This document shows positions 1-11,790 of a DNA stretch of 64,000 nt, piece by piece (position 1 is the first letter of the stretch; every line of letters starts with the position of its first letter). The position numbers were made by a program, and so were the translations under genes. Below the pieces are notes generated by a model, which made no database searches, was not told the DNA's origin, and saw only the letters and a program-made list of their open reading frames with translations. The DNA is from Felis catus (lineage: Eukaryota): contig NC_058368.1 of assembly GCF_018350175.1 (NCBI RefSeq), positions 147,004,001-147,068,000 on the forward strand, written 5' to 3'.

Positions 1-229
1 ATCACTCCCAGTGACTACAATAGAACCCTCTGGGGAGCTCAGGAAGGGGTGGGATGGGTTATAAGCTGCTGTATATTATGCGGACAGATATGGCTTCTCA
101 CTGTCTCCCTTTTCTCCACTAGAAGGGAGCAAAGGAGTAGGCTTAGGTAAGACATCCTGGCCACCCCCAAAATGCACCCTTCCAGACTACTCTGCAGGCA
201 CAGGTCCCCACATTAGAAGTAGGATACCC

Positions 230-975
230 TCACCTCACGCCAGTCAGAGTGGCCAAAATGAACAAATCAGGAGACTATAGATGCTGGAGAGGATGTGGAG
301 AAATGGGAACCCTCTTGCACTGTTGGTGGGAATGCAAATTGGTGCAGCCACTCTGGAAAACAGTGTGGAGGTTCCTCAGAAAATTAAAAATAGACCTACC
401 CTATGACCCAGCAATAGCACTGCTAGGAATTTATCCAAGGGATACAGGATTACTGATGCATAGGGGCACTTGTACCCCAATGTTCATAGCAGGACTCTCA
501 ACAATAGCCAAATTATGGAAAGAGCCTAAATGTCCATCAACTGATGAATGGATAAAGAAATTGTGGTTTATATACACAATGGAATTCTACGTGGCAATGA
601 GAAAAAATGAAATATGGCCTTTTGTAGCAACATGGATGGAACTGGAGAGTGTGATGCTAAGTGAAATAAGCCATACAGAGAAAGACAGATACCATATGGT
701 TTCACTCTTATGTGGATCCTGAGAAACTTAACAGGAACTCATGGGGGAGCGGAAGAAAAAAAAAAAGAGGTTAGAGTGGGAGAGAGCCAAAGCATAAGAG
801 ACTGTTAAAAACTGAGAACAAACTGAGGGTTGATGGGGGGTGGGAGGGAGGAGAGGGTGGGTGATGGGTATTGAGGAGGGCACCTTTTGGGATGAGCACT
901 GGGTGTTGTATGGAAACCAATTTGTCAATAAATTTCATATAAAAATAAATAAAGAAAGAAAGAAAGAAAAAAAGA
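230..975 (+). mobile_element. 5'-truncated young LINE-1 (L1_Fc-like): ORF2 C-terminus, 3'UTR and A-rich tail
   Basis: ORF 249-722 encodes the L1 ORF2 C-terminal cysteine-rich region ([29 protein letters not shown]...) without stops. It is followed by a G-rich 3'UTR and an A-rich tail (~941-975). A perfect 15-bp TSD AGAAGTAGGATACCC lies at 215-229 and 976-990, with a TT|AGAA target site. Confidence 0.97.
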
Positions 976-1505
976 AGAAGTAGGATACCCCAATTCCTCA
1001 GCCTTTTTCTAAACTGAGAAGCAGTGACAGCAGGGGCACAAGCACATTGCCCGCACTCTCCCCTCATCTAAGAGATCACATGGGGAAACTGCAATAAAAG
1101 CTCGATGCCCCCGCTGCTCCAAAGATTTTAAAGTCCTTTTGTATTCCATGAGAAATTGTTTTTACGGGGAACGGGGGGGTCAGAAAGGCTGCATTTCAGA
1201 AATGCTTTCGTAATGGTTTTTGATAAATTTTACTCTTCTTACTGGTGCTATTTTGTAGAATAAGGAACAACGTTGATAGGTTTTGTGGGAATTTTTTATG
1301 CACTTTTGTTAAATCACAGACTTCTATTTTTACGTTTTAATATTTTCATAATCTTTTTTTTTTTTTTGTACCTGGAGCCACGTAACAAGTATGGGGGAAA
1401 ATTGTGCCTTGTTTCAACAGTCTTGCTAATTTTTAGGCTAAAAGATGGCAGATGCCTAGAGTTTACCTTATGCTTAATTAAAATCAGTATTTCTCTAATT
1501 GGCTA

Positions 1506-1883
1506 TGGTTTTGATTTGTATTTCCCTGATGATGAGTGATGTTGTGCAACTTTTCATATGTCTGTTGGCCATCTGCATGTCTTCCTTGGAAAAATGTCTG
1601 TTCATATCTTCTGCCCATATTTTAATTAGATTCATTTTTTTTTGGTGGAGTTTTAGAAGCTCTTTATATATTTTGGAGACTAACCCATCAGATATGTCAT
1701 TTGCAAATATCTTCTCCCATTCCATAGGTTGCCTTTTAGTTTTATTGATTGTTTACTGTGCAAGAGTTTTTTCTTTTGATGAAGTCCCAATAGTTTATTT
1801 TTGCTTTTGTTTCCCTTGCCTCAGGAGACATATCTAGTAAGAAGGTGCCATGATCAATATCAAAGAGGTTACTATCTATGTTC
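1506..1883 (-). mobile_element. Older LINE-1 ORF2 fragment, sense on minus strand
   Basis: Minus-strand translation resembles L1 ORF2 (…NLFDID…[10 protein letters not shown]…[23 protein letters not shown]…[22 protein letters not shown]…IREIQIKT). Confidence 0.93.
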
Positions 1884-2075
1884 AACAAAACAGGAAAGAA
1901 TATCCATTGGGGAAAAAGACAGTATCTTCAACAAATGGTGTTGGGAAAACTGGACAGCAACATGCAGAAGAATGAAACTGGACCACTTTCTTACACCATA
2001 CACAAAAGTAAATTCAACGTGAATTAAAGACCTAAATGTGAGACTTGAAACCATTAAAATCCTAAAGAAGAACAT
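1881..2075 (+). mobile_element. LINE-1 ORF2 fragment inverted relative to 1506-1883 (same insertion)
   Basis: Plus-strand translation [36 protein letters not shown]…DLNVRLETIKILKKN is the L1 segment immediately 5' of the minus-strand piece. Confidence 0.92.
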
Positions 2076-2322
2076 GGCTACATGTTGAAAGGATGCTGAG
2101 TTCCTTTTGAACTTCCTTATGATGCTCTTTTGATTCTGATTATCTTTATAAGAAACTGAGATATTATGAGCAAGATTGGAAAAGCCACCCACTTCCTCTT
2201 CCAAACACATGCAATTATTGAAAAACAGATTTTTGGGCTTCATTGGAATGTTTGCAAGAAGTATTTTCAAAAAATTACCTAGGAGCCCTCTGTAGAGGAT
2301 TTCCATCCATTTTTGTACTCTT

Positions 2323-2324
<2 letters not shown>

Positions 2325-2359
<35 letters not shown>
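2325..2359. repeat. (CA)n microsatellite
   Basis: Direct reading of the sequence. Confidence 0.97.
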
Positions 2360-2361
<2 letters not shown>

Positions 2362-3569
2362 GGAAACTAATGTCAATTGTTATTTCAAAAATTCTGAATT
2401 CATGTGATTTTTTTTAAATAAGATACCAAACATTATCAAAGGTCTACAAAATAGGCTGTCCCCTTACCAACACAAATGCCCTTGTCCTTTTAAACAATTC
2501 AGCACAGTTGACTGGGTGAGTCAATCCTATTAATGTCTGCTATTTGGTAGAAAGTAAATGGTCATTTGAGTCTAGTAAAGGACAATAGTTATCTTCTAAT
2601 AGGGACTGGCAATATTAAATGTTGGCTTTAATTGCTGGAAATGTCAATTGTATGTCAATTGGATAAATGTTTTTCCAAGTGAAAGGGAAATTTGGATGGT
2701 TAGAAATGTTTTCTTTTTTAGATGCATAGTCCTCACATTAACAAATTTAAATTCAATAAATATATTCCCCCATGAATGTACTGCTGAAACTGTCTAATAG
2801 TTTGTCTACTACTATGAACCTTAATGCCATTTGTAACAAATATACAGTAATTAAAATGTTTTACAAAAATAATTCCTTGTCACTATTGTTAAATGAATTT
2901 CCTTTGGAATAGTCTTTGTAGTAGAAGGTTGGAAGTTTTATTTACTCTAGTAGGATGTCATCAATGTAGCACAAAACCTACAGATTTTGAAATGTGGAAT
3001 CTTGTTCACTTTTTAGGGTAAATTTGGGCAAATATTCTGCACCTGGTTTCACATCAGTGCTCTGTGGATAATTATACTGGAATTAAAAATGTATTGGGGA
3101 ATTAAATATAGCCACTGATTTACTCAATAACAATTTACTGGCACCTACTCTGTGCCAGGCACTAAGCTACTATTCTGAAACAAGATTCATCACTGCCATT
3201 TAGAAGCTGTAATCAAGTATGAAAAACCATTTTGGATATATAGAAGATCTAAACAAACACTTGTAGTTAAAGATGGGGTAACTATGCTATCTTTCAGATA
3301 AAATATTCAATGCTCTAGGTCTTAGTATCTTAGTAGGTCTAAATATCTTAAACAGCAACTTTTCAATATTTGATCAATTTGGACAGTGCATTCCCTCAAA
3401 GAGAATCTCTACCTTTCAGAGATTCAATCCCAAATAACTCTAATAATTATATCTTTCTAATCCAACTGTGTTGTGTGACACAAGCAAAGCCTTTATTATC
3501 TCACCAAGAAGTAACTGCCAACAAGACAATCCATTAGTTTTGCTAGTTATAGCCTGATTCAGCTTTTGT

Positions 3570-4557
3570 AATGCCTGGGACATACGCAAATTTTGGGTCT
3601 CTTTAAGAAAATGAATCTAATATCAAAAATACAAAATTAGAATCAAGTGAAAGATATAATTTAGAATACAATAATAAATCAAGTTACAAATATAAAAAAT
3701 TTAGGCCATCAGACACCACAAACATCACAAATTCAAAAATAATGCTTTATTAATTAATTTCCTCTAAAATTAACTGTTTTCCACCTACAAATTTGACTAC
3801 CCTTTGATCACCTCTCCATATGACAATATTTTTTTAATATCACTTTTTCTAGATACAATAGAGTTCAGTCTTTTGTCAAACATGTTTGATTGAAAACTGC
3901 TTCTATTAATTTAGACACGTTTCTTCCAGACCCATAGCTTTCTATCGATGATGTCATATACGTTTTAAGGATTTCTATCAAATTTGGAAAACTTCTATCA
4001 AGTGTTTTTGATATGTCAATTACACAATTTGGAAGAATTTCCTCTGGTCAGGTCCATTTCAAACCTCTGTTTTCTTCTACTGTTATTATTTTCCAGACAT
4101 TAGAATAGAAGTTCACATCCTCTGATTCAATCTCTGGTCCTATACCTACATGTCATGGAGCTGGATGAGTTGGCATAATGAGGGGTAAAGGTGTTCCTGA
4201 AATCTGTTCCCACACCAGATGGCCAGGAATAACTTAACTGTACAGGGAAATGACTAGAACTACATAATATATCTCCGTAAAGCCAAGTTAAACATATCTT
4301 CAACTCACCCTCTCCTTGACTGTACTCCCCAAAATCCTGATGACCTTTCCTATGTGAAGGAAAGTGAAACAAAGTAGAAGAGTAGAAAGAGATAAACAAT
4401 TATGTGGAAAACATGTTATGTTTCTAAACATTAAAAAAATAACAAGTAGCTGTGTGAACACAGTGCTGGAACTCCTCCAAGGACTGTAGAAGGGGCCTTT
4501 GCAAATGAGAAGGGCCAAAGATTATGCTTCATTATTTCATGATAAAGTTGCCTTTGT
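3570..4557. mobile_element. Degenerate hAT-Tip100 DNA transposon (Arthur1-like)
   Basis: The right end AAGGGGCCTTTGCAAATGAGAAGGGCC…ATGCTTCATTATTTCATGATAAAGTTGCCTTTG resembles the recalled Arthur1 terminus. The left part GGGTCTCTTTAAGAAAATGAAT…ACAAAATTAG is also Arthur-like. Boundaries are approximate. Confidence 0.55.
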
Positions 4558-7361
4558 GCTTAGCAAGGTTTTTCTTTTTAGAGCACAATAATTATTGTAA
4601 CGGTGTTATGCCTGAAATAGCATTATAAGATGGTGGTAGTTTAATGTGAAAGAGATATATGGTTCCATTTCCTTGAATAAGGCCTTTATCTACTTTGAAG
4701 ATTGTCTTTATTTGTTTTGAACCAGTGGCTCCTAATTTACTCATACAGTTAACCAACAAATATCATGTATGCAAGGTAGTGTGCTAAACCCTGCAATGAG
4801 TCAATGATGACTCTGATCAAGTATCACTGTATTTCATTTCTGAGAACTCATTCCTGTAGAGAGACTATTTTGATGCTGTTAAGTGATTTCTGTGGAATGT
4901 ACCATTTTATGAGTGGCTTATATTTGCTTGTTCTTAAGGGAGAGAATTTCACGTAAGAGTTACACTATTCATCTGAGAAACTAACAGTGTTAAGAGTGGA
5001 AAGAATCCCTCTGCACAAAGAGAGTCAGAGGCCTTGGATGAATGTGGGAGGAACTGTGGCATTGCATGTGGTTATCCTCTAATTAATCAAGACAGATTAA
5101 AAACAGTATTTTGTGTTTAAAGAAAGCATCAGAACAATTTTCCTAGTCACCGCTTCTACTTTTTGACAATTCTCACTCTCAGGCGGTTGTTTTCTTTGTA
5201 ATAAAATGGCCGAATACTGAGTTTTGGAAAGGAATACAGGTGGCTGATAATGAGAGCCCTCAAAAAGGTACCATGAATTAAAGTAATGGTATTGAGGCTT
5301 GTAATTTTGAAAATCTCCAAAAGCTAACAACGGAAATGGGGTAAAATACTCAGCTTTACACAGGATTCCTATTAAGACCCTGGAAACTTGAAAATTTGCA
5401 AACATTCACTGAGCCCCTCTAAAATCAAGGGCAACTGCACCTCCGTTTCTCAGAAGTATTTTCTTTCTCATTCATATCTCTTGGCTGCCTATTGGTGAAA
5501 TATTTTATTTTGTAGACACTTCTTTCTTATTCAACATAGTTTTTTTCATTGCCCCTCATAATATTCAAGATAACACACTAAGAATTCAGAGATGAGCAAA
5601 AAGCCCCAGCGCCTGACCTTAAGGAACTCAGTCTAGGAAAAGATAAACATGAAAATATGTATGAGGAACTGTAGTGGTGGAATTATGCCCACCCAGAGAG
5701 GAGCACATTAATAGGTATCACTAAAAAAGGAAAAAATGTAGGCGTTTTACCCACCCTTACCATACTAGCATTTTAAAATAACTTTTTACATTAGGAAATA
5801 GAACACTTAACCTCTCAGGGAAGTATGTTCCATTAGATTACATCTCCAAAATCTAGAACAACACAAATCCACTAAATGGATACCATTTTTTTGCCCCTGA
5901 CCCGGGAATCTATTTTTGTCTCTCACTCTTCTTGTGAACCATTTCTCATTCTATAAAATTCATTGCACAGATCAAATGCCATGGGAAACTTTCCCAGACA
6001 GCACTAATCTCTTTCCCTCTGATTCACAGTATCTTGAACAGAATTCTACTGATTCTTTTATCATATCATATTTAAATCTTATTGTTTATTTATTCAAATC
6101 GCCTAATAGATAAAGGGTTTCTTGTGAGTAGAAAAGGCTCTGTCTTTATAGCCAGCATACTGTGCAAATTAGTTGAATTGAGAAGTGCAAGTCATTTTTA
6201 AAAAAAACTTTTTAAAAATTCATCTTATGTTTAATAATAACTATTTCATCTGCAGAGAAAAGGAATAGCAGTATTTTAATTAGTTGTCTATTAGGGCATT
6301 AAAGTAGTAATATTGCCAATGTTATAAAATGAGCCTTAGGAGGAAAGATTAGGGACAGAAATAATGATAGAGCCAGACCTAAAACATGGGCAGAAGAAGT
6401 AGGGAAAACGTATAGCGTGCAGACGAGCACCTTGGTGCAATAAATTGACAAATATTTCTAATACACCTGGAAGCTGGCCCCAAACTCCCCAGATTAAGTT
6501 TAAGCTCAGGAAGTCGGGGAATGAATGTCATGACTTTTATCTCAAAGAATGGCAGACTGGACCTACTAGAGCTGGCAAATATTTTAAAAGAAATTTTGAG
6601 ACATTTTATAATTTAGTTGCTCTAATTAGTAATTATCTACACACAGAATTAGATGAGCACTATTGCTCTAAGTTAAGGCTATCCTTTGTCACTTAAATAC
6701 TTCTTATTTACTTATTCATCTTGTATCTTTTATTTCAAGAGGTGTTTGTTTTTTCCTGGCAATGTAGAAATTGCTTAAAAAAACCCTTTGGCTTAAAAAA
6801 TGTCATTCCTGAAACCTCATAGTAAATATAATGCTATATAATTATGGGACAGATAACATTTTGTAGTTAATTGCACCTGTATTTTGACCTTTTCATGTTT
6901 CCTTGGGATATTTTTCTTTATGCATTGTTATTTTAAGGATAACAATATACAAGCTTATTAAATTTTTTAAGTACAAACAAGAAAACAGGAGCAGCAGAAG
7001 AAAGGTAATCCTGATGTGTTAGTAAAGGGCTTGTTTCTATTTTGTCTTTAATATCAGCCTTGTTACATTTTCTCAGTATTTATGTTCATTATAGTATTTG
7101 TTTCAACCACTCTCTAAATATATCGGTAAATATGGAAGTAGAATTGACACTCTCAAAAATTTGAGTTGGATGTACCTGGTGTTTTCATTCTGAAAATAAG
7201 TTTAGTAACAACAAACAAATAAGATGTGATTATAGAAAAACCATGAGAGAAAAAAATAAGACTTATGGAGGTTCTACCCACTAGGAGAGCAGGTCTGCCT
7301 CTGGAATGAGGCCTCAAAATGAATCACTGAGGTTTTTCACATACATATTTGCTTGGATGAT

Positions 7362-7675
7362 TTGTGTGTGTATGTGTGTGTATAGATGCATGTATATAGG
7401 AATATGTATATATGTGTGTACATATATGTGTTAATACATACATACAATTTTATATATAAATAATGTTGATATATATATATTATACATAAATATATTGTGT
7501 ATATATGACACATGTAAATGATCTATTTTTATAATAAATAATATACATTGATATTATCAGCATATTACATATATGTTTATCTATTATATATGCGTATATA
7601 TACCAAATAACAATAAAATATACAAATATTTTTACTTTTATTTTATATATATTTCTATAATATACACATATATTT
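7362..7675. repeat. Degenerate (TG)/(TA)n low-complexity AT-rich tract
   Basis: ~300 bp of imperfect TA/TG/CA dinucleotide runs. Confidence 0.9.
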
Positions 7676-9278
7676 TAGGAAGGTAAACTTTATGTGAGTG
7701 GAAGCAATTTTTCAAAAACTTAGAGAAATCAAAGCATGCATTCATGTCTTTAAATAATGCACTCAAACTACAGTACTTGATTTATCAGTTTAAGTAAATC
7801 TTTATTGATCCCTTGCTATAAAATGTGAGCCAATTTAAAGCTTTCTCCCACCTTCATTCCACTGCTCCATCTTTTGCTTTTTGTTGGTGATTTAAGTTAT
7901 TTCTACATCTCAAAATTCCTGTTGTTGTGCTTTGACTTGCCCTTGAAAACATGGCCCAAACCAAAAGCTGTTTTACATCATATGAGTGTTTTTCTTATGC
8001 TATAACATATTATTCTCTTCCAGAATGAGAGAAACATCTACTGTTTGTAGCAAAAACAAGTAAAATTCATGAAACAAAATAAATGAAAATAATCACTTCA
8101 TAATAACAGGGCATTCAACATGGCAACAGTTTTGTAAAAAGCCAGGTTATTAGAGGCCTCCAGAAACATCAGTGTCACTGGCCTATAAAGTATTTATTTA
8201 CTCCATGAATGGCAGTAGGTCCTTTGTCCTCTAAGGGTGGGTTGTCAACCGATATATCTTTGGATCAATACCATTTTGAAACAGTCACCAAGTTAATTTA
8301 CCCTTTTGGTGTCTTCTCTATATAGATTGACAGCTATGCAGACAGCAAAAGTGAAAACCTGTGTTTCTTAAGATGAAATAGTTTGTAGGGAATTCTAGGT
8401 CACTCTAATTACTATCACTCTAACATAAACATAATGGCAGGTTGCCTTTTGATTCAGAGCCTGATGGTATAAAGGGATTTGAAACATGAAACAAGCTTTC
8501 AATCCGCTGTTCACAGAAGGTTGAATTGACAGTCATATGGGCAGAAGCCGGGGCAAGCTTTGAGTAAAACTGATAGAAATAAGACATATTTATTTCCATT
8601 TTCCCCTAATTATGACTGTCATACTGATTAATCACAGGCTATGTCATAAGTATCTCAAGATTTAGGGACAGGTGACATTAGAATAATGCCTTTGATCAAA
8701 AATTGTGTGCTAATGGTTTTAAATGGAATTGATCCTCTTGGACCATCCGTGGTCACACAAAAAGAAGGTTCCTGCTTGATCCTTTTGAGTCCTGTTTTGT
8801 TGCAGCATCTGCTTCCATTGGCTCTGACAGAAGCACTTTCCTTGGGGACTCCCACTCCCCTCTCTTCCTTTCAAATTATTCAGAAATGTTTCCCTTCTTC
8901 ACTTAGCTACCTGCATCGGAGCAAAGCTGTGTTCAGTGATTTCTCCAGAGATGAAGCTTAGCTGGCAAATCACCACAGACAGCACAGATGTGACAAGACG
9001 TCATCTAAGAATCTGAAACTGTAAACAAGAAAAAAAATATATACCCAAGCAACTTAAGCAAAGACGTTATCCATGTAAATATCTTGCCTGGTGCTTCAAA
9101 GATCACCCAGAAAAGGGGCTTTTATTTTCTTGCACACAGTGGGGTTTAGCCTAAGCTTCTTGATAAATCTAGTGATGACTGCTGTAGCTGTGCCTCTGTA
9201 AAAGAAAGTACAATGTAATAATTATAGCTATCTATCTGCTGAATTGGGTGGCCTTGAAAATTTCTTAGCTGGTTATTC

Positions 9279-9451
9279 AGTGTTCCTTAACATTAGCTGC
9301 ACATGGCATAACTCGGGCAGGTTTAAAATATTAATGCCTGAATCCCATCCTCAGAGATTCTAATTTACATGGGCTAGTGTGTAGCCTGGGCCTTGGGATT
9401 TTTAAAACCTCCCAGGTGACATGTACATGCAGCCAAGGTTGCAAATCATTG
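9279..9451. mobile_element. MER5A-like hAT-Charlie non-autonomous transposon
   Basis: CAGTGTTCCTTAAC…CCCATCCTCAGAGATTCTAATTT…GGGATTTTTAAAACCTCCCAGGTGA…GCAGCCAAGGTTG matches the typical MER5 layout. Confidence 0.8.
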
Positions 9452-9469
9452 TCTAAACTGTATTAGCTG

Positions 9470-9529
9470 GCATGTATTTTGTTCAGGCCCTGTGCTAAAT
9501 GCATTATATTTGGCATCTTGCTTGCTCAC

Positions 9530-9581
<52 letters not shown>

Positions 9582-9712
9582 GAAATTGTATTTAGTACCT
9601 CCATTTTACAGATGAAGACACTAAAGTCAGGTCGAGTGAATTTCTCAAAGTCACATGGTTGGTGAGTAGTAGGTGAATAATAGAATAGTAGAGATTTGCA
9701 CCAGGTCTGTTC
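9470..9712 (-). mobile_element. MIR SINE relic containing a 46-nt poly(A) run (9531-9576)
   Basis: MIR core CCATTTTACAGATGAAGACACTAAAG…CAAAGTCACATGG…GATTTGCACCAGGTCTG, with an A46 run upstream of the core. Confidence 0.75.
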
Positions 9713-10134
9713 ACGATTCTCGTTGGTGGAAGTTCTGAGACCAAGGTAGAACAAAAGGCTGGTTACATGTTCAGTATATTGTAAGGAAGTTTCCTAACTG
9801 GGCAGGGGAATGAGCTGGCCAGGGCGTTCCAACTTTTCTTAATGATGAGAATTTTCTGGGGTTTCCAAGCCTCTTTCCCAGAAACTGTTTCAGCAGTCGT
9901 GGGTTGAGGGTCTGATAGTTTTGCTGATGTTGTTGTTAGCAAATGTTTTGGCTGATTCTTATATGAGGGAAGCCAGGGAAGCACTGAACTGGATAATTGC
10001 TGTAGGATCCTGGGATTTTGTGATCCATTCTGCAAATCTTTCTAAGGAAAAGCCAGAGGAATGAAAACAGGTGACACAGACGACCTTGTCACTAAATACT
10101 TTTGTGCTACAGGCTCTGCACATTATTCTGACCC

Positions 10135-10348
10135 CAGTGTTTTGGGGCTGCTGTTACTGCTCTGTCATTTGAGCCCCTTTCTCTCCTCTGAAGTGTTAAT
10201 TGTGCTTATCTCTGCCCAACTCTCCCCTGGGTTCAGTGATATCCCTTTGGTAGCTTGAAATTGGCCATCATGAGTTTTTTAAAATTTTATTTTATTTATA
10301 AGTTTATTTATGTATTTAATTTTAAAAGAGAATATGAGCAGAGGAGAA

Positions 10349-10395
<47 letters not shown>

Positions 10396-10742
10396 TAATG
10401 TCAATCAAGCTCCACAGTGTTAGCACAGAGCCTGATGCAAGACTTGATCCCATAAACCATGAGATCATGACCTGAGCTCAAATCAAGAATCTGAGGCTTA
10501 ACCAACTGAGCCACGCAGGCACCCCTAAAATCTTATTTTAAAACAAACTTTACTTTAGAATAGTTTTAGATGTACAGAAAAGTTGTAAAGATAAAAAACA
10601 AAACAAAGAAGAGGTTTCTCATATTCCCCTTGGTGGGAGTTTTTACACCAAAGAAATTAGCAAATGCCAAAATCAGGACTTCACTCATGTCCCCACTCCC
10701 TATTCTCCAGGTCAATTTTAAACATTTAGCCGCACACCACTG
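10135..10742 (+). mobile_element. MER63A-like hAT-Blackjack element split by a CanSINE and an old L1 3' fragment
   Basis: The left part (CCCAACTC…GTTCAGTGAT…TTGGTAGCTTGAAATTGGCCAT, to ~10270) resumes at ~10631 (TGGTGGGAGTTTTTACACC…AAACATTTAGCCGCACACCACTG). Confidence 0.7.
10276..10525 (-). mobile_element. CanSINE (SINEC, tRNA-derived)
   Basis: T-rich tail, (GA)n tract, and GAGATCATGACCTGAGC…AACCAACTGAGCCACGCAGGCACCCC (reverse complement of the SINE head). Confidence 0.93.
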
Positions 10743-10925
10743 CTTAAGCATCTAAAGCTGCTTCTACAGGGTGTTAACCTTTCTGACTGGAAAGGTAAAA
10801 AATGATTCCATTTTTTATGAGGTGCTTACATAAACAGCACTTCATTGCAACCCACCACAGAAATGTGCTTCATTATAGTTTAATATTTCTAAATTTCCAT
10901 CTTGGAGACTTTATGACATAATCAA

Positions 10926-11136
10926 TTTTTAAAAAATATTTTTAATGTCTATTTATTTTTGAGCAAGAAAGAGAGACAGAGGATGAGCAGGGAAGGGGGG
11001 GGGACAGAATCTGAGGCAGGCTCCAGGCTCTGAGCTGTCAGCATAGAGCCTGATGTGGGGCTCAAACTCACAGACTGCGAGATCATGACCTGAGCTGAAG
11101 TCAGACACCTAACCAACTGAGCTACCCAAGCACTCC
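10926..11136 (-). mobile_element. CanSINE (SINEC_Fc-type)
   Basis: GCAGGCTCCAGGCTCTGAGCTGTCAGC body, with TSD TGACATAATCAA at 10914-10925 and 11137-11148. Confidence 0.95.
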
Positions 11137-11624
11137 TGACATAATCAAATATTTTAAGGCCTTTTGAAAGGGTTTCTATGTAGAAAACAAAACTACCTGA
11201 CAATTATAAAAGCCATATAACATGTGACATCAGAGTGGACTTAGTGAAATCTAACTCCTTTGTCAAAGACAAGGCCATTTCTCACTTACTCCAAAATAAC
11301 ATTTCCTTCCTACACCAGTTCAGAATGATCCTTTCTCTTCGATTTATTGCTACTCCTCCTCTCTCCCAACAAACTATTTGGCATTCACTACCAGGAAACT
11401 TGTATTTGCAAGGTTGGTTTTTAGGTTTCTCAAGAGAGCTCCTGTTTTGTTATCAATCTCTTGCCTTGATATTTATTTTATCGTGTTATTTTATTTCTCT
11501 TACACAGACTTCTTTGAATCTCAAATTCTATAATATCTTATGGTGGAAAGAAATTTTAAAGCTCTTCTTTCCAACACCATCCTCTCAAAAAAGCCGCCTT
11601 GTTGTAACTCTGTCTTCACTGAGG

Positions 11625-11790
11625 CATAGCTGACTCTGTGGCCTGGTTGGTCATGTAGGACTCCATACTCAGGAGAACCTCATACTTGGTTCAGTGCTCT
11701 GCTGTCTTGTCTTGAAATTCTTAATAATTTTTGAACAATGAGCTCTGAACTTTATTTGGCAATGGGCCTATAACTTATGTAGTCAGTCCT
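11625..11790 (+). mobile_element. MER91A-like hAT-Tip100 element
   Basis: TTGGTTCAGTGCTCTGCTGTC…TCTTGAAATTCTTAATAATTTTTGAACAA…TTATGTAGTCAGTCCT resembles the MER91A consensus. Confidence 0.7.

Noticed and set aside
249..722. 157-aa ORF as a host gene
   Set aside because: It is the C-terminus of L1 ORF2 in a 5'-truncated copy, with a GTG start and no promoter.
230..1883. The minus-strand L1 piece ends (…IQIKT) almost exactly where the plus-strand L1 at 230 begins (HLTPVR…), suggesting one L1 broken by a genomic inversion
   Set aside because: The 230-975 element has its own perfect direct TSD and looks much younger than the diverged 1506-2075 element, so these are independent insertions and the adjacency is coincidental.
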